Shown piece by piece: positions 1 through 8,933 of a stretch of DNA of 64,000 nt. Origin of the DNA: Chthoniobacteraceae bacterium (GTDB lineage Bacteria > Verrucomicrobiota > Verrucomicrobiia > Chthoniobacterales > Chthoniobacteraceae). Position 1 is the first letter of the stretch. Each line of letters opens with the position of its first letter. Made by a program: the position numbers and the translations under genes. The stretch is taken from assembly GCA_040081625.1 (NCBI GenBank), contig JBEBGD010000009.1:1-64000 (forward strand). The letters run 5' to 3'. Below the pieces are notes generated by a model, which ran no database searches, was not told where the DNA came from, and saw nothing but the letters and a program-made list of their open reading frames with translations.

Positions 1-144
1 GATCGCAAGCCACCCTCAACCCACAGCCCGCCTTGTAACCCCCACCAAAAACAAATTCAGCAAATCACTTCGCCCGTAGTTGACACCTTTCATAGGGGTC
101 AGGCGCTTAGTTAGTGGCGAGAACGCTCATCTGCAAATGAACGC

Positions 145-942
145 TCAAAACGACCATTGCATGCCAACGCTGCCGTGGAGAAAATCAATCAACTGCGCAT
201 CTCCGGGCAGAGCGGAATCCCGATCCAGTGCCCAACTGTAGCCAAGATGTGCAGTGATGGCGAAGGACTTCGTCAGCGCGAACTTGGATTCCAAACGCAC
301 TGCCAAATGATTGGCTCCGTCGTGCCCGTCGGGCACGTAGCCTTGGTTGACTCCAAGGAGAAGAGATCCGCGCAGAGAAAAGCGATCACTCCCAAAGATA
401 TCGCGATGCAGCCCCGCCTCAATGAAAGCTCCCTCCGTCATTGTCGAGTAGTAGGCATTGCCGGAAACTTCCAAGTTCAATGGAAGTCCGGTCCACTCGG
501 CGCCAAAACTGATTTCGTGATCCTCAAGATCGGCATCGGCATACGGAAACCGAAGGTAAGCGTAAGCCAGGAACGCTTTGAGTGGCCCAAATGTCTCGGT
601 CAGCCCGACCGTGAGTTGCAGCTCCTCATACTTCCGTTCGGGCGATTTTCCGCACCAGACGCCTGCCGTTAAATGGTGCCAGCCTAGCTCGATGCTCGTC
701 GTGCCTAGAGAATCTCCGGCCAAGTTATCCCGGCCCTCGGAGGCATAACGGCTCTCCCACCCCGCGTGTAAGCGTGCTTCGTTGGCCGCATGGGCGTGCG
801 GACGCTCGAAGGGCTGTTGGGCTTCCGGTTCATGTGCTGTTGAAGCGACTGCGCTTAAGGCGAGGAAAAGGAGGAGCCGCCCACAAACGGCGGCTTCTCG
901 CTGGGCGGCGGTGGAGAATTTGTGTCCGAAGGCGTAGTTCAC
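145..942 (-). CDS. Putative outer-membrane beta-barrel protein (TorF/Gcw_chp-like), start uncertain
   Basis: Hydrophobic signal-like stretch LLLFLALSAVASTA, alternating beta-strand pattern, C-terminal GMQWSF ending in Phe (Bam-type signal). Codon usage less GC-biased than the rest of the window. Confidence 0.6.
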   Translation of the reverse strand: MNYAFGHKFSTAAQREAAVCGRLLLFLALSAVASTAHEPEAQQPFERPHAHAANEARLHAGWESRYASEGRDNLAGDSLGTTSIELGWHHLTAGVWCGKSPERKYEELQLTVGLTETFGPLKAFLAYAYLRFPYADADLEDHEISFGAEWTGLPLNLEVSGNAYYSTMTEGAFIEAGLHRDIFGSDRFSLRGSLLLGVNQGYVPDGHDGANHLAVRLESKFALTKSFAITAHLGYSWALDRDSALPGDAQLIDFLHGSVGMQWSF

Positions 943-1192
943 AGGATGTGCGTAGAAGCGCCTAACTCGGAATTCAGCGAAACGCGCGGTTCAGTCGAGT
1001 GGTGTGATAGGGATCGCATAAAACGGATATTGCTTCGGCGGACGGGGTGGCTTTTCGGATAACAGCGGGCGGGAGCCAAGCGCGAAATCGGCGCGGGGTC
1101 AGGTCGGCGGGCGGAAGGGGAGGCCGAGCAGCGTGTTGCAGAACAGGCGCAATTCCTCGGCGGCGGAGTCGGCGTAGGAGACTGTTGAAATA

Positions 1193-1274
1193 GTCCACAA
1201 ATTTCAGGGATGGACACAGATTCGTCCTGGCGATCCGTTCAGCTTCTCTGTGAAAATCGGTGCAATCTGTGGAC
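1193..1274. repeat. Imperfect palindromic element with ~9-bp internal period (same family as 39323-39406)
   Basis: Left arm gtccacaaatttcagggatggacacaga; right arm reverse-complements to gtccacagattgcaccgattttcacaga. Confidence 0.7.
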
Positions 1275-1455
1275 CACCACTGAGGCGTCGAGTTTTTCGA
1301 CAGGCTGGTAGGGGGTGTCCAGCGTAAGCAGGCCGATGGGGTTGCGCGCGGTGCCGCGATGGCGTCGAGGTCGGCGCTGCTGACTTCGCCATGCGCGTGC
1401 TCTGAGAGGAGAATCCGGAGCGCGGGCACGGGGGCGACATGGCTGCGGACAGGCT

Positions 1456-1484
1456 TTGACACCCCGGGCGGCGGCTCCTAACCT
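1456..1484 (+). promoter_or_regulatory. sigma70-type promoter for the 1503-5803 operon
   Basis: TTGACA (1456-1461), 17-nt spacer, TAACCT (1479-1484), 18 nt before ATG 1503. Confidence 0.65.
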
Positions 1485-1502
1485 GCGCGCCCGTCCGCAG
1501 TC

Positions 1503-2618
1503 ATGCCCGCCGCCGTTTCACCCATCGCCCGACCTTCCGTTGGCCGCACGTTCATCGTGGCCATCAGCGTGCTCGGCTGCATCGCCCTCTCGCAGATCGC
1601 CGCGGTGAGCTGGGTGTTCGTGAAGCGCTTCACCGACCTGACTGAGCGCGCCAAGCTCGGCCCCGCCCGCATCGCCGAGGCCGCGGCCGCCCCGGTGTCC
1701 GGCGATCTCGCTTTCACCGCGACTCTCGATGCGCGCGATCCGTTCGAGGAGGCCCGCGCCGCCGTCACCACCGATCCGATCGCGCCGCCGCAGAAGCCGA
1801 TGCCGGTCTCCTCGGCGAAGCTCAATCCGCAGGCGCCGCCCGAGACGCGCTACCAGGAGCTCGTGCTCCAGGGCAAGCAACTGCGCGAGCGCGGCGACAC
1901 CGGCGCTGCGCTCGTGAAGCAGCGCGAAGCGATGGCCCTCGAGCCGCAGAACCCCGAGGCGATCTTCGAGATGGCCGTGACCTTCGAGCGCATGAGCCTC
2001 ATGGACAAAGCGGCCGAGCAGTGGAAGCGCATCTTCGACATGGGCGAAGCCGCGGGCTCCTTCTACATCGCCGCCGAGTCGCGCATGAAGATGAGCCAGG
2101 CCCAGGCGCTCGCCGCGGTCCAGAGCGTGCAGGGAGTGCAGGGAGTGGCCCCGGCGGAGGCGCCGCTTTCCACGCTCAAGGCCGACGCGATGCTCGGCGT
2201 CGGCGAGATCGCGCGGCAGGAAAAGACCGAGTCCGGAGGCACGCGCTTCGCGCTGAAGGTGCCGGTGAAAGCCAGGCCCGGCGAGAAAGTCAGCGTGGCC
2301 GATGTCGATATCCACGTGCTCTTCTACGACATCGTCGATGCTAAGACCACGGTGCAGACCAGCGCCGATGTGAGCTACCGCTGGGCGAGTTCGCCCATCG
2401 ACTGGGCCGGCGTGGACCCCGAATTCCTCGAGGTCGAATACAGTGCGCAACCGCCGCTGGCCAAGGCTGCCAAGGCCGAGAAGCGCGAGTATTACGGCTA
2501 CATCGTGCGTGTCTATTACAAGGGCGCGCTCCAGGATCTGCGCGCGGAGCCTGGCGATCTCAACACCAAGTTCCCCGCCTCGCCCACCCTCGACACCACT
2601 CCGCCCAGCAAGAAATGA
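1503..2618 (+). CDS. Membrane-anchored TPR-containing hypothetical protein
   Basis: N-terminal TM (FIVAISVLGCIALSQIAAVSWVFV), TPR-like helices (AMALEPQNPEAIFEMAVTFERM), beta-rich C-terminal domain; stop overlaps next ATG. Confidence 0.7.
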   Translation: MPAAVSPIARPSVGRTFIVAISVLGCIALSQIAAVSWVFVKRFTDLTERAKLGPARIAEAAAAPVSGDLAFTATLDARDPFEEARAAVTTDPIAPPQKPMPVSSAKLNPQAPPETRYQELVLQGKQLRERGDTGAALVKQREAMALEPQNPEAIFEMAVTFERMSLMDKAAEQWKRIFDMGEAAGSFYIAAESRMKMSQAQALAAVQSVQGVQGVAPAEAPLSTLKADAMLGVGEIARQEKTESGGTRFALKVPVKARPGEKVSVADVDIHVLFYDIVDAKTTVQTSADVSYRWASSPIDWAGVDPEFLEVEYSAQPPLAKAAKAEKREYYGYIVRVYYKGALQDLRAEPGDLNTKFPASPTLDTTPPSKK

Positions 2619-4927
2619 GAATCCTCCTCGTCGATGACGAAACGGCCGTGATCCAGACGCTCCTGGCCACGCTCAAGACCCTCCCCGGCCACGATGTCCG
2701 CGTCGCGACCAGCGGCGACAAGGCCCTCGAAAGCGCCTCGGCTATTGGCGGGCTCGACCTGCTCATCACCGACGTCGTCATGGATCCCATGAACGGCTTC
2801 ACGCTGCGGGACAAAATGGTCGAGCGCTATCCGAGCGTCCGCACCGTCTTCATCAGCGGCTACGACTTGAGCGACTACGCCGCGCAGGTCGGCGATCATC
2901 AAGTCCTCCAGAAACCCTTCGATCCGCAGACGCTCCTCGCTGCCGTCCATCGCGAACTCGCCGCGATCGCCCCCGTCGCCGCGCGTGTGAACACCGGCAC
3001 CGCCGCTGTCGCTGCCGTGCCTGATATGATCTTCCAGCGCGCACAGCCCAAAGCCGTGCCCACCGCGCAGCCCACCGTCCGGGCCGTCCCCGCTGCCGTC
3101 CCTGTCGCGCGGCCCGTGCAGCCCACCGTCAAGGTCGTTCCCGCCGGGCAACCCACCGTGCGAGCGGTGCCCGTCGCGCAACCGGGCGCCAGGCCTGTGC
3201 CTGTCGCGAAACCCGCCGCAGTGCCGCGTGCACCGCTCGCCGTCGCCGTCGCAGCGTCCGCCCCGCCGCCACCCGTGGCGCCACCGGTTTCCATCCCGGC
3301 GCCGCCGCCGGGCGCGGGTGAGAGCCTCATCGGCCAGACGCTCGGTTCCTATCAGATCGTCAGCTATCTCGGCGAAGGCCGCCTCGGCTCCGCATATGCC
3401 GCCGTGCAGATTTCCATCAATCGCCCCGTCGGCCTCAAGGTCCTCGACCCCGTGCGCGCGCAGGACGAAGCCATCCGGTCCCGCTTCATCTCCGATGCCC
3501 GCGCGAAGGCCCACATCCAGCACCCGTCCATCCTCGCCGTGTATGAGGCTGGCGAAGCCGATGGACGATTCTTCTTCGCCCGCGAATACGTCGATGGGCA
3601 GAGCCTGGCCGAGACCGCCGCCAGCGGCGCCAAGCTGCCAGAAGCGAGCGTCCTCAAGATCCTCAAGATCGTCGCCGAGGGCTTTGTCTATCTGCATATG
3701 CAGAACCTCCCGCACCGCCCCATCGATGCGTCCCGCATCTTCGTCGGCGTCGATGGCAACCCACGCCTGGCAAACATCGCCGTGCAGATCGCCGACGAGC
3801 ACCAGACCGTGCCGCAGGAGTTGCAATCCCTCGGTCGCGTCATCGCCAGCGTCGTCTCCCCGCAGAGCATCTCGCCCGGCTTGCAGAACTTCCTCGTGCG
3901 CCTCCAGCAATCGCCCGCCAGCGGGGTCAACGCGTGGGGGCAGGTCATCCAGGCCGCCCGCGCACTCGAGCCGAAAAATGTCCCCACCGCGGCGGCGAAA
4001 ATCAGTGCGCAGGACGAAGCGGCAATCAACGCCGTCGAGGCCGCCCGCAAGTCCCAGCGCCGCTCCTTCTGGCTCAACGTCGCGAGCATCAGCGCCCTCT
4101 TCATCGCCGTCGTCTTCCTCGCACTCAAGAGGCTCGTCTTCACCAACGAGCGCAAGATCCAGACGACGGTCAAGGTCCCCGCGGGCGCCTACAAACTGCC
4201 CGGCGGCGGCAGCTTCACCGTCGATTCGGATTTCTGGATCGATAAATACGAAGTCACCCTCGCGCAATATCAGCGCTTTCTCGACCACCTCGAAAAGCAT
4301 CCCCTCGACGACCAGGAGTTTCGCCACCCAAAGATGCCCCGCCATCTCGAGCACCGGCCCGAGCATTGGGATATCTATTACCTGAACGCCCAGCAGAACC
4401 GCGCCGCACACAGCGTGCCCATTGACTTGAACTGCCCCGCCCTCACCGTCACCTGGTGGGATGCCTATGCCTATGCCAAGTGGCTGGGCAAGCAGACCGG
4501 AACCGAGCGCGACCTGCCCACCGCCGAGGAGTGGGAAGTCGCGGCCTCCGGCGGCAAAGGCTTCAAGTATCCCTGGGGCAACGAAATCGAAGAAGGCCGC
4601 GCCAACCTCGGCACCGATCACAATCCCAACAAGGCATCCGACAAAGCCTATGGCAAGGGCGACAAGGACGGCTACAACTTCTGGTCCGACGTCGATGCCA
4701 AGGGTGGCGATCGCAGCCCGCTCGGCGTCGTCGGTATGGGCGGCAACGTCGCAGAGTGGACCGGTTCCTGGACCAAGGATAACAAGTTTCCCATCCTCAA
4801 GGGCGGCGATTTCAGCCACCCGCCCACCCCCATCGATAAATCCATTTCCGACCACGACGCGAACAAGGGCGAGGAATGGATTGGCTTCCGCACCATCAGT
4901 CGCACCAAGCCGGCCGACGCCGAATAA
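2615..4927 (+). CDS. Receiver domain + Pro/Ala-rich linker + degenerate Ser/Thr kinase-like domain + TM + FGE-sulfatase (SUMF1-like) domain
   Basis: REC motifs ILLVDDE, LLITDVVMDPMNG, FISG, LQKPF; kinase-like LGEGRLGSAY...VGLKVL...HPSI; TM ISALFIAVVFLAL; FGE motifs FWIDKYEVT, VTWWDAYAYAKW, LPTAEEWE, YPWG, MGGNVAEW. Confidence 0.8.
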   Translation: MRILLVDDETAVIQTLLATLKTLPGHDVRVATSGDKALESASAIGGLDLLITDVVMDPMNGFTLRDKMVERYPSVRTVFISGYDLSDYAAQVGDHQVLQKPFDPQTLLAAVHRELAAIAPVAARVNTGTAAVAAVPDMIFQRAQPKAVPTAQPTVRAVPAAVPVARPVQPTVKVVPAGQPTVRAVPVAQPGARPVPVAKPAAVPRAPLAVAVAASAPPPPVAPPVSIPAPPPGAGESLIGQTLGSYQIVSYLGEGRLGSAYAAVQISINRPVGLKVLDPVRAQDEAIRSRFISDARAKAHIQHPSILAVYEAGEADGRFFFAREYVDGQSLAETAASGAKLPEASVLKILKIVAEGFVYLHMQNLPHRPIDASRIFVGVDGNPRLANIAVQIADEHQTVPQELQSLGRVIASVVSPQSISPGLQNFLVRLQQSPASGVNAWGQVIQAARALEPKNVPTAAAKISAQDEAAINAVEAARKSQRRSFWLNVASISALFIAVVFLALKRLVFTNERKIQTTVKVPAGAYKLPGGGSFTVDSDFWIDKYEVTLAQYQRFLDHLEKHPLDDQEFRHPKMPRHLEHRPEHWDIYYLNAQQNRAAHSVPIDLNCPALTVTWWDAYAYAKWLGKQTGTERDLPTAEEWEVAASGGKGFKYPWGNEIEEGRANLGTDHNPNKASDKAYGKGDKDGYNFWSDVDAKGGDRSPLGVVGMGGNVAEWTGSWTKDNKFPILKGGDFSHPPTPIDKSISDHDANKGEEWIGFRTISRTKPADAE

Positions 4928-4933
4928 TTGCCC

Positions 4934-5803
4934 ATGCGTCGCGCGCTCTTCCTTTTCATCGTCCTCTTCGTCGTCCTCAGCGACGCCTCAGCCCAGTTGA
5001 CCGTCAACCTCGAGGTCAAACGCCGGAACTTCCTGCGCTACGAGCCCATCCTCGTCACTGTCAGCATCACGAATCTCGCCGGCCGGGACGTTACGCTCGA
5101 GGACGGCGCCACCTCATGGTTCGGCTTCACCGTCACCCACGGCGCCAGTGATACCCTCATCTCCCCGCGCGACCCCGACTATTCTCTCGACCCGATCCAG
5201 ATCAAACTCGGTGAGACCGTCAAGCGCACCGTCAACCTCTGCGAACTCTTCCCCATCTCCGAACTCGGCCTCTACCGCGTCCGCGCCAATATCTATTCCT
5301 CCGCCTACGACAAATACTTCCCTTCCCGAACGGCCAACCTCGACATCGAGGACGGGCGCGTGCTTTGGAAACAGGTCGTCGGTGTCCCTGAGACGATGCG
5401 CAACGCCGGGGAGATGCACGAATACACGCTCATCAATGCCACCGGTCGCGCGCATAGCTATCTCTACGTCCGCGTCGGCGCGCCCTCGACCGGAAAAATC
5501 TTCGGCTGCTACCGGCTTGGCCACCTGCTCGATGGCGCCCCGCCCGATGTCCAACTCGACACCACAAACACGCTCCACGTTCTCCTGCTCGCCGCGCCGA
5601 AGGTTTACACCCTCACCCAGATCAGCGTGAACGGTGAAGTTCACGGCCAGTGGACTTACGACGCGCCAAAGTTCAAACCGATCCTGCGTCGCGATGGCAG
5701 TGGCAACCTCGAGATCGTCGGCGCCACCCGCCGCGCCGAGCCCATCCCCGGCGGAACCCCCGCGCCGAAGCTATCCGATCGTCCTGCCGGCATTCCGAGG
5801 TAG
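4934..5803 (+). CDS. Secreted hypothetical protein
   Basis: Signal peptide MRRALFLFIVLFVVLSDASA-Q; genome-typical codon usage; last gene of the operon. Alternative TTG start at 4928. Confidence 0.7.
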   Translation: MRRALFLFIVLFVVLSDASAQLTVNLEVKRRNFLRYEPILVTVSITNLAGRDVTLEDGATSWFGFTVTHGASDTLISPRDPDYSLDPIQIKLGETVKRTVNLCELFPISELGLYRVRANIYSSAYDKYFPSRTANLDIEDGRVLWKQVVGVPETMRNAGEMHEYTLINATGRAHSYLYVRVGAPSTGKIFGCYRLGHLLDGAPPDVQLDTTNTLHVLLLAAPKVYTLTQISVNGEVHGQWTYDAPKFKPILRRDGSGNLEIVGATRRAEPIPGGTPAPKLSDRPAGIPR

Positions 5804-5822
5804 CCGGGGAGCGCGGCGCGAC

Positions 5823-7289
5823 CTACGCGCCGAGTTTCGCAGCCAGCGCGCGGCGGTCGGCCTTGCCGTTGGGCGTCATGGGGAAGGCATCGAGGAAGAT
5901 GATTTTGCGCGGGATCATGTAGGCGGGGAGCTTCTCGCCGAGCCGGGATTTTAGCTTCGCGGAGCGCTCGAAGTCGCGTCCCTCGCTCCGGTCGCGCTCG
6001 ATGATGAACGCCGCGAGGCTGTCGATGCGGCCTGCCTTTTCCACGGAGAGCACTACCGCGTCGGCGATGCCTTCGAGCGCACGGAGGTTGGCCTCGAGGT
6101 CGCCGAGTTCGATGCGAAAGCCGTTCACCTTCACCTGGCTGTCCATGCGCCCCTCGAAGAAGAACTGCCCCTCGCGCTCGCGGCCCCAGTCGCCCGTGCG
6201 ATACGCGCGACCATCCGGGCTGTCGAAGAACGCGCGCTCGGTGAGGTCGGGGCGATTGAGGTAGCCGGGGCTGACGTTCGGGCCGGCGATGATGATCTCG
6301 CCGCGCTCGCCATCGGGCACGCGCTCTCCGTTTTCACCACGGACGAACAAGCGCGTGCCGGGCATCGCGGCGCCAACGGGCAGCGGCGAAAATTCCGCGA
6401 GCACGCCGCGATCGACGCGGATGGAAGTGGTCGCGACGGTCGCCTCGGTCGGGCCGTAGGTGTTCCAGACTTCGGCGTCGGGGAAGCGATCGAGCAACGC
6501 GGCGGCGACTTCGTTCGGCAGCGTCTCGCCGCAGAAAAGAAAGCGCCGCAGTGCGGGAAGCATCGGCTGGGCGAAGGTTTTCTCGATCAGGCACATCGCG
6601 GCGAAGCTCGGCGTGGAGACCCACGAAGTGATCGGGCTGCGGCGGAAGACCTCGTAGAGGTTGCGCAGGTTGGCAATGTCGTCCTTGGTCACGCTCACGA
6701 GCGTCGCGCCGGTGACGAGGCTGCAATAAAGGTCCATGACCGAGAGGTCGAAGCTGAACGGCGCCTGGTTGAGGAAGACATCGCTGCCTTCGCCGAAGCG
6801 CTGCTCGGCGAGCATCCACGCGACGAAATGCTCGAGGTTCGCGAGCGTGATGATGACGCCCTTCGGCTCGCCAGTGCTGCCGGAGGTGAAGAGGACGTAG
6901 AACGCCTCGTCGCCCTCGACACGCCGCCGCGGGCCGCCGGTCGCCTGCGCATTCGTGATCGTGTCGATCACCTCCGGAGTCAGCACTTTCGCCGCGCCGG
7001 AAGTCGCGACGATCCGCTCCGCGCGCTGCTCGGGGATGGAAAGATCGATCGGCACGTATGGACGGCCGCTCTTCGCCGCACCGAGGAACCCGACGAGCAT
7101 CTCCGGCTCCTTGTGTCCGCGGATCGCGATGGGCGCGCGGCTTTCGCCCAGCTCCGCGTCGAGCCACGCGGCGAGCGCGTCGGAGCGCGCGCCGAGTTCG
7201 CGATAGGTCATCGTGCGCGTGCCGCTGACGTGCGCGGCCCGTTCCGGTGTCTCGCGGACCCAGCGGTCGATTCGATCGAGCAAATGCAT
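5823..7289 (-). CDS. dltA: D-alanine--D-alanyl carrier protein ligase
   Basis: Adenylation motifs YVLFTSGSTGEPKGV, NQAPFSFDLSVMD, FLFCGE, NTYGPTEAT, YRTGD, NGKADR; stand-alone A domain next to dltC/dltD. Confidence 0.9.
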   Translation of the reverse strand: MHLLDRIDRWVRETPERAAHVSGTRTMTYRELGARSDALAAWLDAELGESRAPIAIRGHKEPEMLVGFLGAAKSGRPYVPIDLSIPEQRAERIVATSGAAKVLTPEVIDTITNAQATGGPRRRVEGDEAFYVLFTSGSTGEPKGVIITLANLEHFVAWMLAEQRFGEGSDVFLNQAPFSFDLSVMDLYCSLVTGATLVSVTKDDIANLRNLYEVFRRSPITSWVSTPSFAAMCLIEKTFAQPMLPALRRFLFCGETLPNEVAAALLDRFPDAEVWNTYGPTEATVATTSIRVDRGVLAEFSPLPVGAAMPGTRLFVRGENGERVPDGERGEIIIAGPNVSPGYLNRPDLTERAFFDSPDGRAYRTGDWGREREGQFFFEGRMDSQVKVNGFRIELGDLEANLRALEGIADAVVLSVEKAGRIDSLAAFIIERDRSEGRDFERSAKLKSRLGEKLPAYMIPRKIIFLDAFPMTPNGKADRRALAAKLGA

Positions 7290-7293
7290 CGCG

Positions 7294-7446
7294 CTAAAAC
7301 TCCTGATAGACGAATGGCGGAGTCGAGAAATCGCCGCGACCGTAGAGCAGGATCAGCGCAGCGATGATCGCGAGGTAATAAACCGTGAGCAGCGCGAAGC
7401 GCGTCCGCGGATGATCTTCGAGCCAGAGCTGCGTCGCCGGGACCAT
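7294..7446 (-). CDS. dltX: DltX-like small membrane protein (50 aa)
   Basis: MVPATQLWLEDHPRTRFALLTVYYLAIIAALILLYGRGDFSTPPFVYQEF: one TM helix and C-terminal FVYQEF matching the DltX F-x-Y-x-E-F end; ATG overlaps the dltC stop. Confidence 0.8.
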   Translation of the reverse strand: MVPATQLWLEDHPRTRFALLTVYYLAIIAALILLYGRGDFSTPPFVYQEF

Positions 7447-7691
7447 CACGCACCGAGCCGCCGCTGCACGTCCTCGATCAGCTTGCGCGGCGTGGCCCAC
7501 GCGTCGCGATCGAACTCCGCCGGCGAAATCTCCACGCCGGTTTCCTGCCCGAGCTCGACGATGAGCTGGACGGTCTTCATCGAGTCGAGCACCTGAAGTT
7601 CGTAGAGCGCGAGGTCGAGGTCATTGCGCACTTCGTCGGTCTCGGCGACGCGTGCGAGCACGTCGAGGATTTGATCGGTCGTCGCGGTCAC
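7446..7691 (-). CDS. dltC: D-alanyl carrier protein (81 aa)
   Basis: GTG start overlaps the dltD stop (GTGA); VLDSMKTVQL phosphopantetheine motif and EFDRDAWATPRK typical of DltC. This is the C-terminal part of track ORF 7446..8324. Confidence 0.9.
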   Translation of the reverse strand: MTATTDQILDVLARVAETDEVRNDLDLALYELQVLDSMKTVQLIVELGQETGVEISPAEFDRDAWATPRKLIEDVQRRLGA

Positions 7692-8875
7692 AGGCTCAGG
7701 TTCCTGCCGTGGTAAAAGTTGTCGAGCGTCCGGTTGTAATACATCCAGCCCTTTGCGCCGAGATGGTCGAGGTGATCGGCAAAGAAGAGCGGGTCCTCCT
7801 CGTGCGTGCGGAAATAGACCAGCGGCGCGTTGTGCTTCGCCGCGATCCGCTCGAGTTGCGCGGGAAATTGCGCGCGCGCTTTCGGCGACACGCCGACGGT
7901 CTCGAGATCCCTTGCGTGGACGGGCATGGAGAGCAGCAGCGGCTGGGCGCCGAGCTCGCGCAGCGTGCGCAGCGTCAGCTCGAAGTCGGTCCACTCGGTC
8001 GCGCGCTTGAGCCGTGCGAGGAAGAGTTCGTCGCGCGAGCCACGCGGTTTTTGCGTGAGCTTCGGCGCGCCCTTGGACTTCGCGGCGAGGTCGCGCGAGA
8101 GAGCCTCGGCCTTGCGCAAGTTCTCGGCCCAGTTGAGCACGCGCGCCCGGCGCGGCGAGTCGGGCGCGTCCGGCAGGTCGATGATGTGCAGCGCGGACTC
8201 GAAGTGATCCTGCAAGCGCGCGACGCCGTTGCGCAGTTTCCCGAGCGGCCATGCGGCGTAGTAGAGCGCGCGATCGAGCGTGGTGCCGCGCGCGAGGCGG
8301 TGAAGCACGGCGTCGAGCAGCCAATGATTTTCGAGTGTCTCCGGGTAGGCGAGCAGCCGGCGCGCGGCGGCGTGCTTGAGGCTGAAGGAAAGCTCGTCGC
8401 TAAAGACGAGTTCACCGGCCTGGAGCGCGGAGAAGTTTCCCTCATACCATTCGCTCTCCACCTTCTCCTCGAAGAAAAAACTCGGCGAGAGCGAGAGCGC
8501 GACCTTCCGCCCGCGCAGGTCGCCGCCCACGGCCGCGAGCTTCTGGAGCACGGCGAGCTGCGAGGTGCCGGCCTTGCCGACCGGGAAGACGCGGAAGCCG
8601 GTCGGGTAATCCTCAAAGAACTCCGCGGCCATCAGCGGCACATCGCGCACGAGCTCCGAGCTGCCGTAGAGCACGAGCAGGTCGGGCTGTGAGAAGGCTT
8701 CGCGCTGGATCGCGACGCCCTGGAGCTTCGGGTCGGAGAGATCGGTCGCCAGATCGGCTACGTGCTGGCGCTCGATCTTCCGGCACCACGCGTAGCCGCC
8801 AGCGAGCATCGCGCACGCAAGGAGCAGCGCGAGGCAGGAGGCAGCAAGGTGGGGACGCGGGAGGTCCGGGGTCAT
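7688..8875 (-). CDS. dltD: DltD-family D-alanyl transfer protein (SGNH-like)
   Basis: N-terminal TM, LYGSSEL catalytic Ser motif, LSLSPSFF, C-terminal DHLDHLGAKGW. Confidence 0.85.
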   Translation of the reverse strand: MTPDLPRPHLAASCLALLLACAMLAGGYAWCRKIERQHVADLATDLSDPKLQGVAIQREAFSQPDLLVLYGSSELVRDVPLMAAEFFEDYPTGFRVFPVGKAGTSQLAVLQKLAAVGGDLRGRKVALSLSPSFFFEEKVESEWYEGNFSALQAGELVFSDELSFSLKHAAARRLLAYPETLENHWLLDAVLHRLARGTTLDRALYYAAWPLGKLRNGVARLQDHFESALHIIDLPDAPDSPRRARVLNWAENLRKAEALSRDLAAKSKGAPKLTQKPRGSRDELFLARLKRATEWTDFELTLRTLRELGAQPLLLSMPVHARDLETVGVSPKARAQFPAQLERIAAKHNAPLVYFRTHEEDPLFFADHLDHLGAKGWMYYNRTLDNFYHGRNLSL

Positions 8876-8933
8876 GGCTTGGGGAAAAAGGCAGCCAGTG
8901 GAGGCTTCTTAGCGAAAATGTCAATCGTGCCGA

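Noticed and set aside
974..1462. Minus-strand 162-aa ORF and overlapping short ORFs
   Set aside because: No recognisable motif, crosses a palindromic repeat, and its start overlaps the -35 box of the opposite promoter. Not supportable as a gene.
3040..3320. Repeated QPTVRAVP-like units
   Set aside because: Protein-level low-complexity linker, not an independent DNA element.
2516..4855. Long antisense ORFs (also 8992-11481, 17930-19897, 25335-27830, 27893-30232, 54673-56439)
   Set aside because: Shadow frames opposite well-supported genes, expected in high-GC DNA; translations carry no family motifs.
7692..8324. Upstream part of the 292-aa track ORF 7446..8324
   Set aside because: Arg-rich alternative frame of dltD; only the last 81 codons from GTG 7691 form DltC.
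8890..8924. TTGACA upstream of dltD (similarly upstream of pgpA, and TTGACC at 16201)
   Set aside because: Good -35 boxes but no convincing -10 at 16-18 nt spacing, so not listed as promoters.
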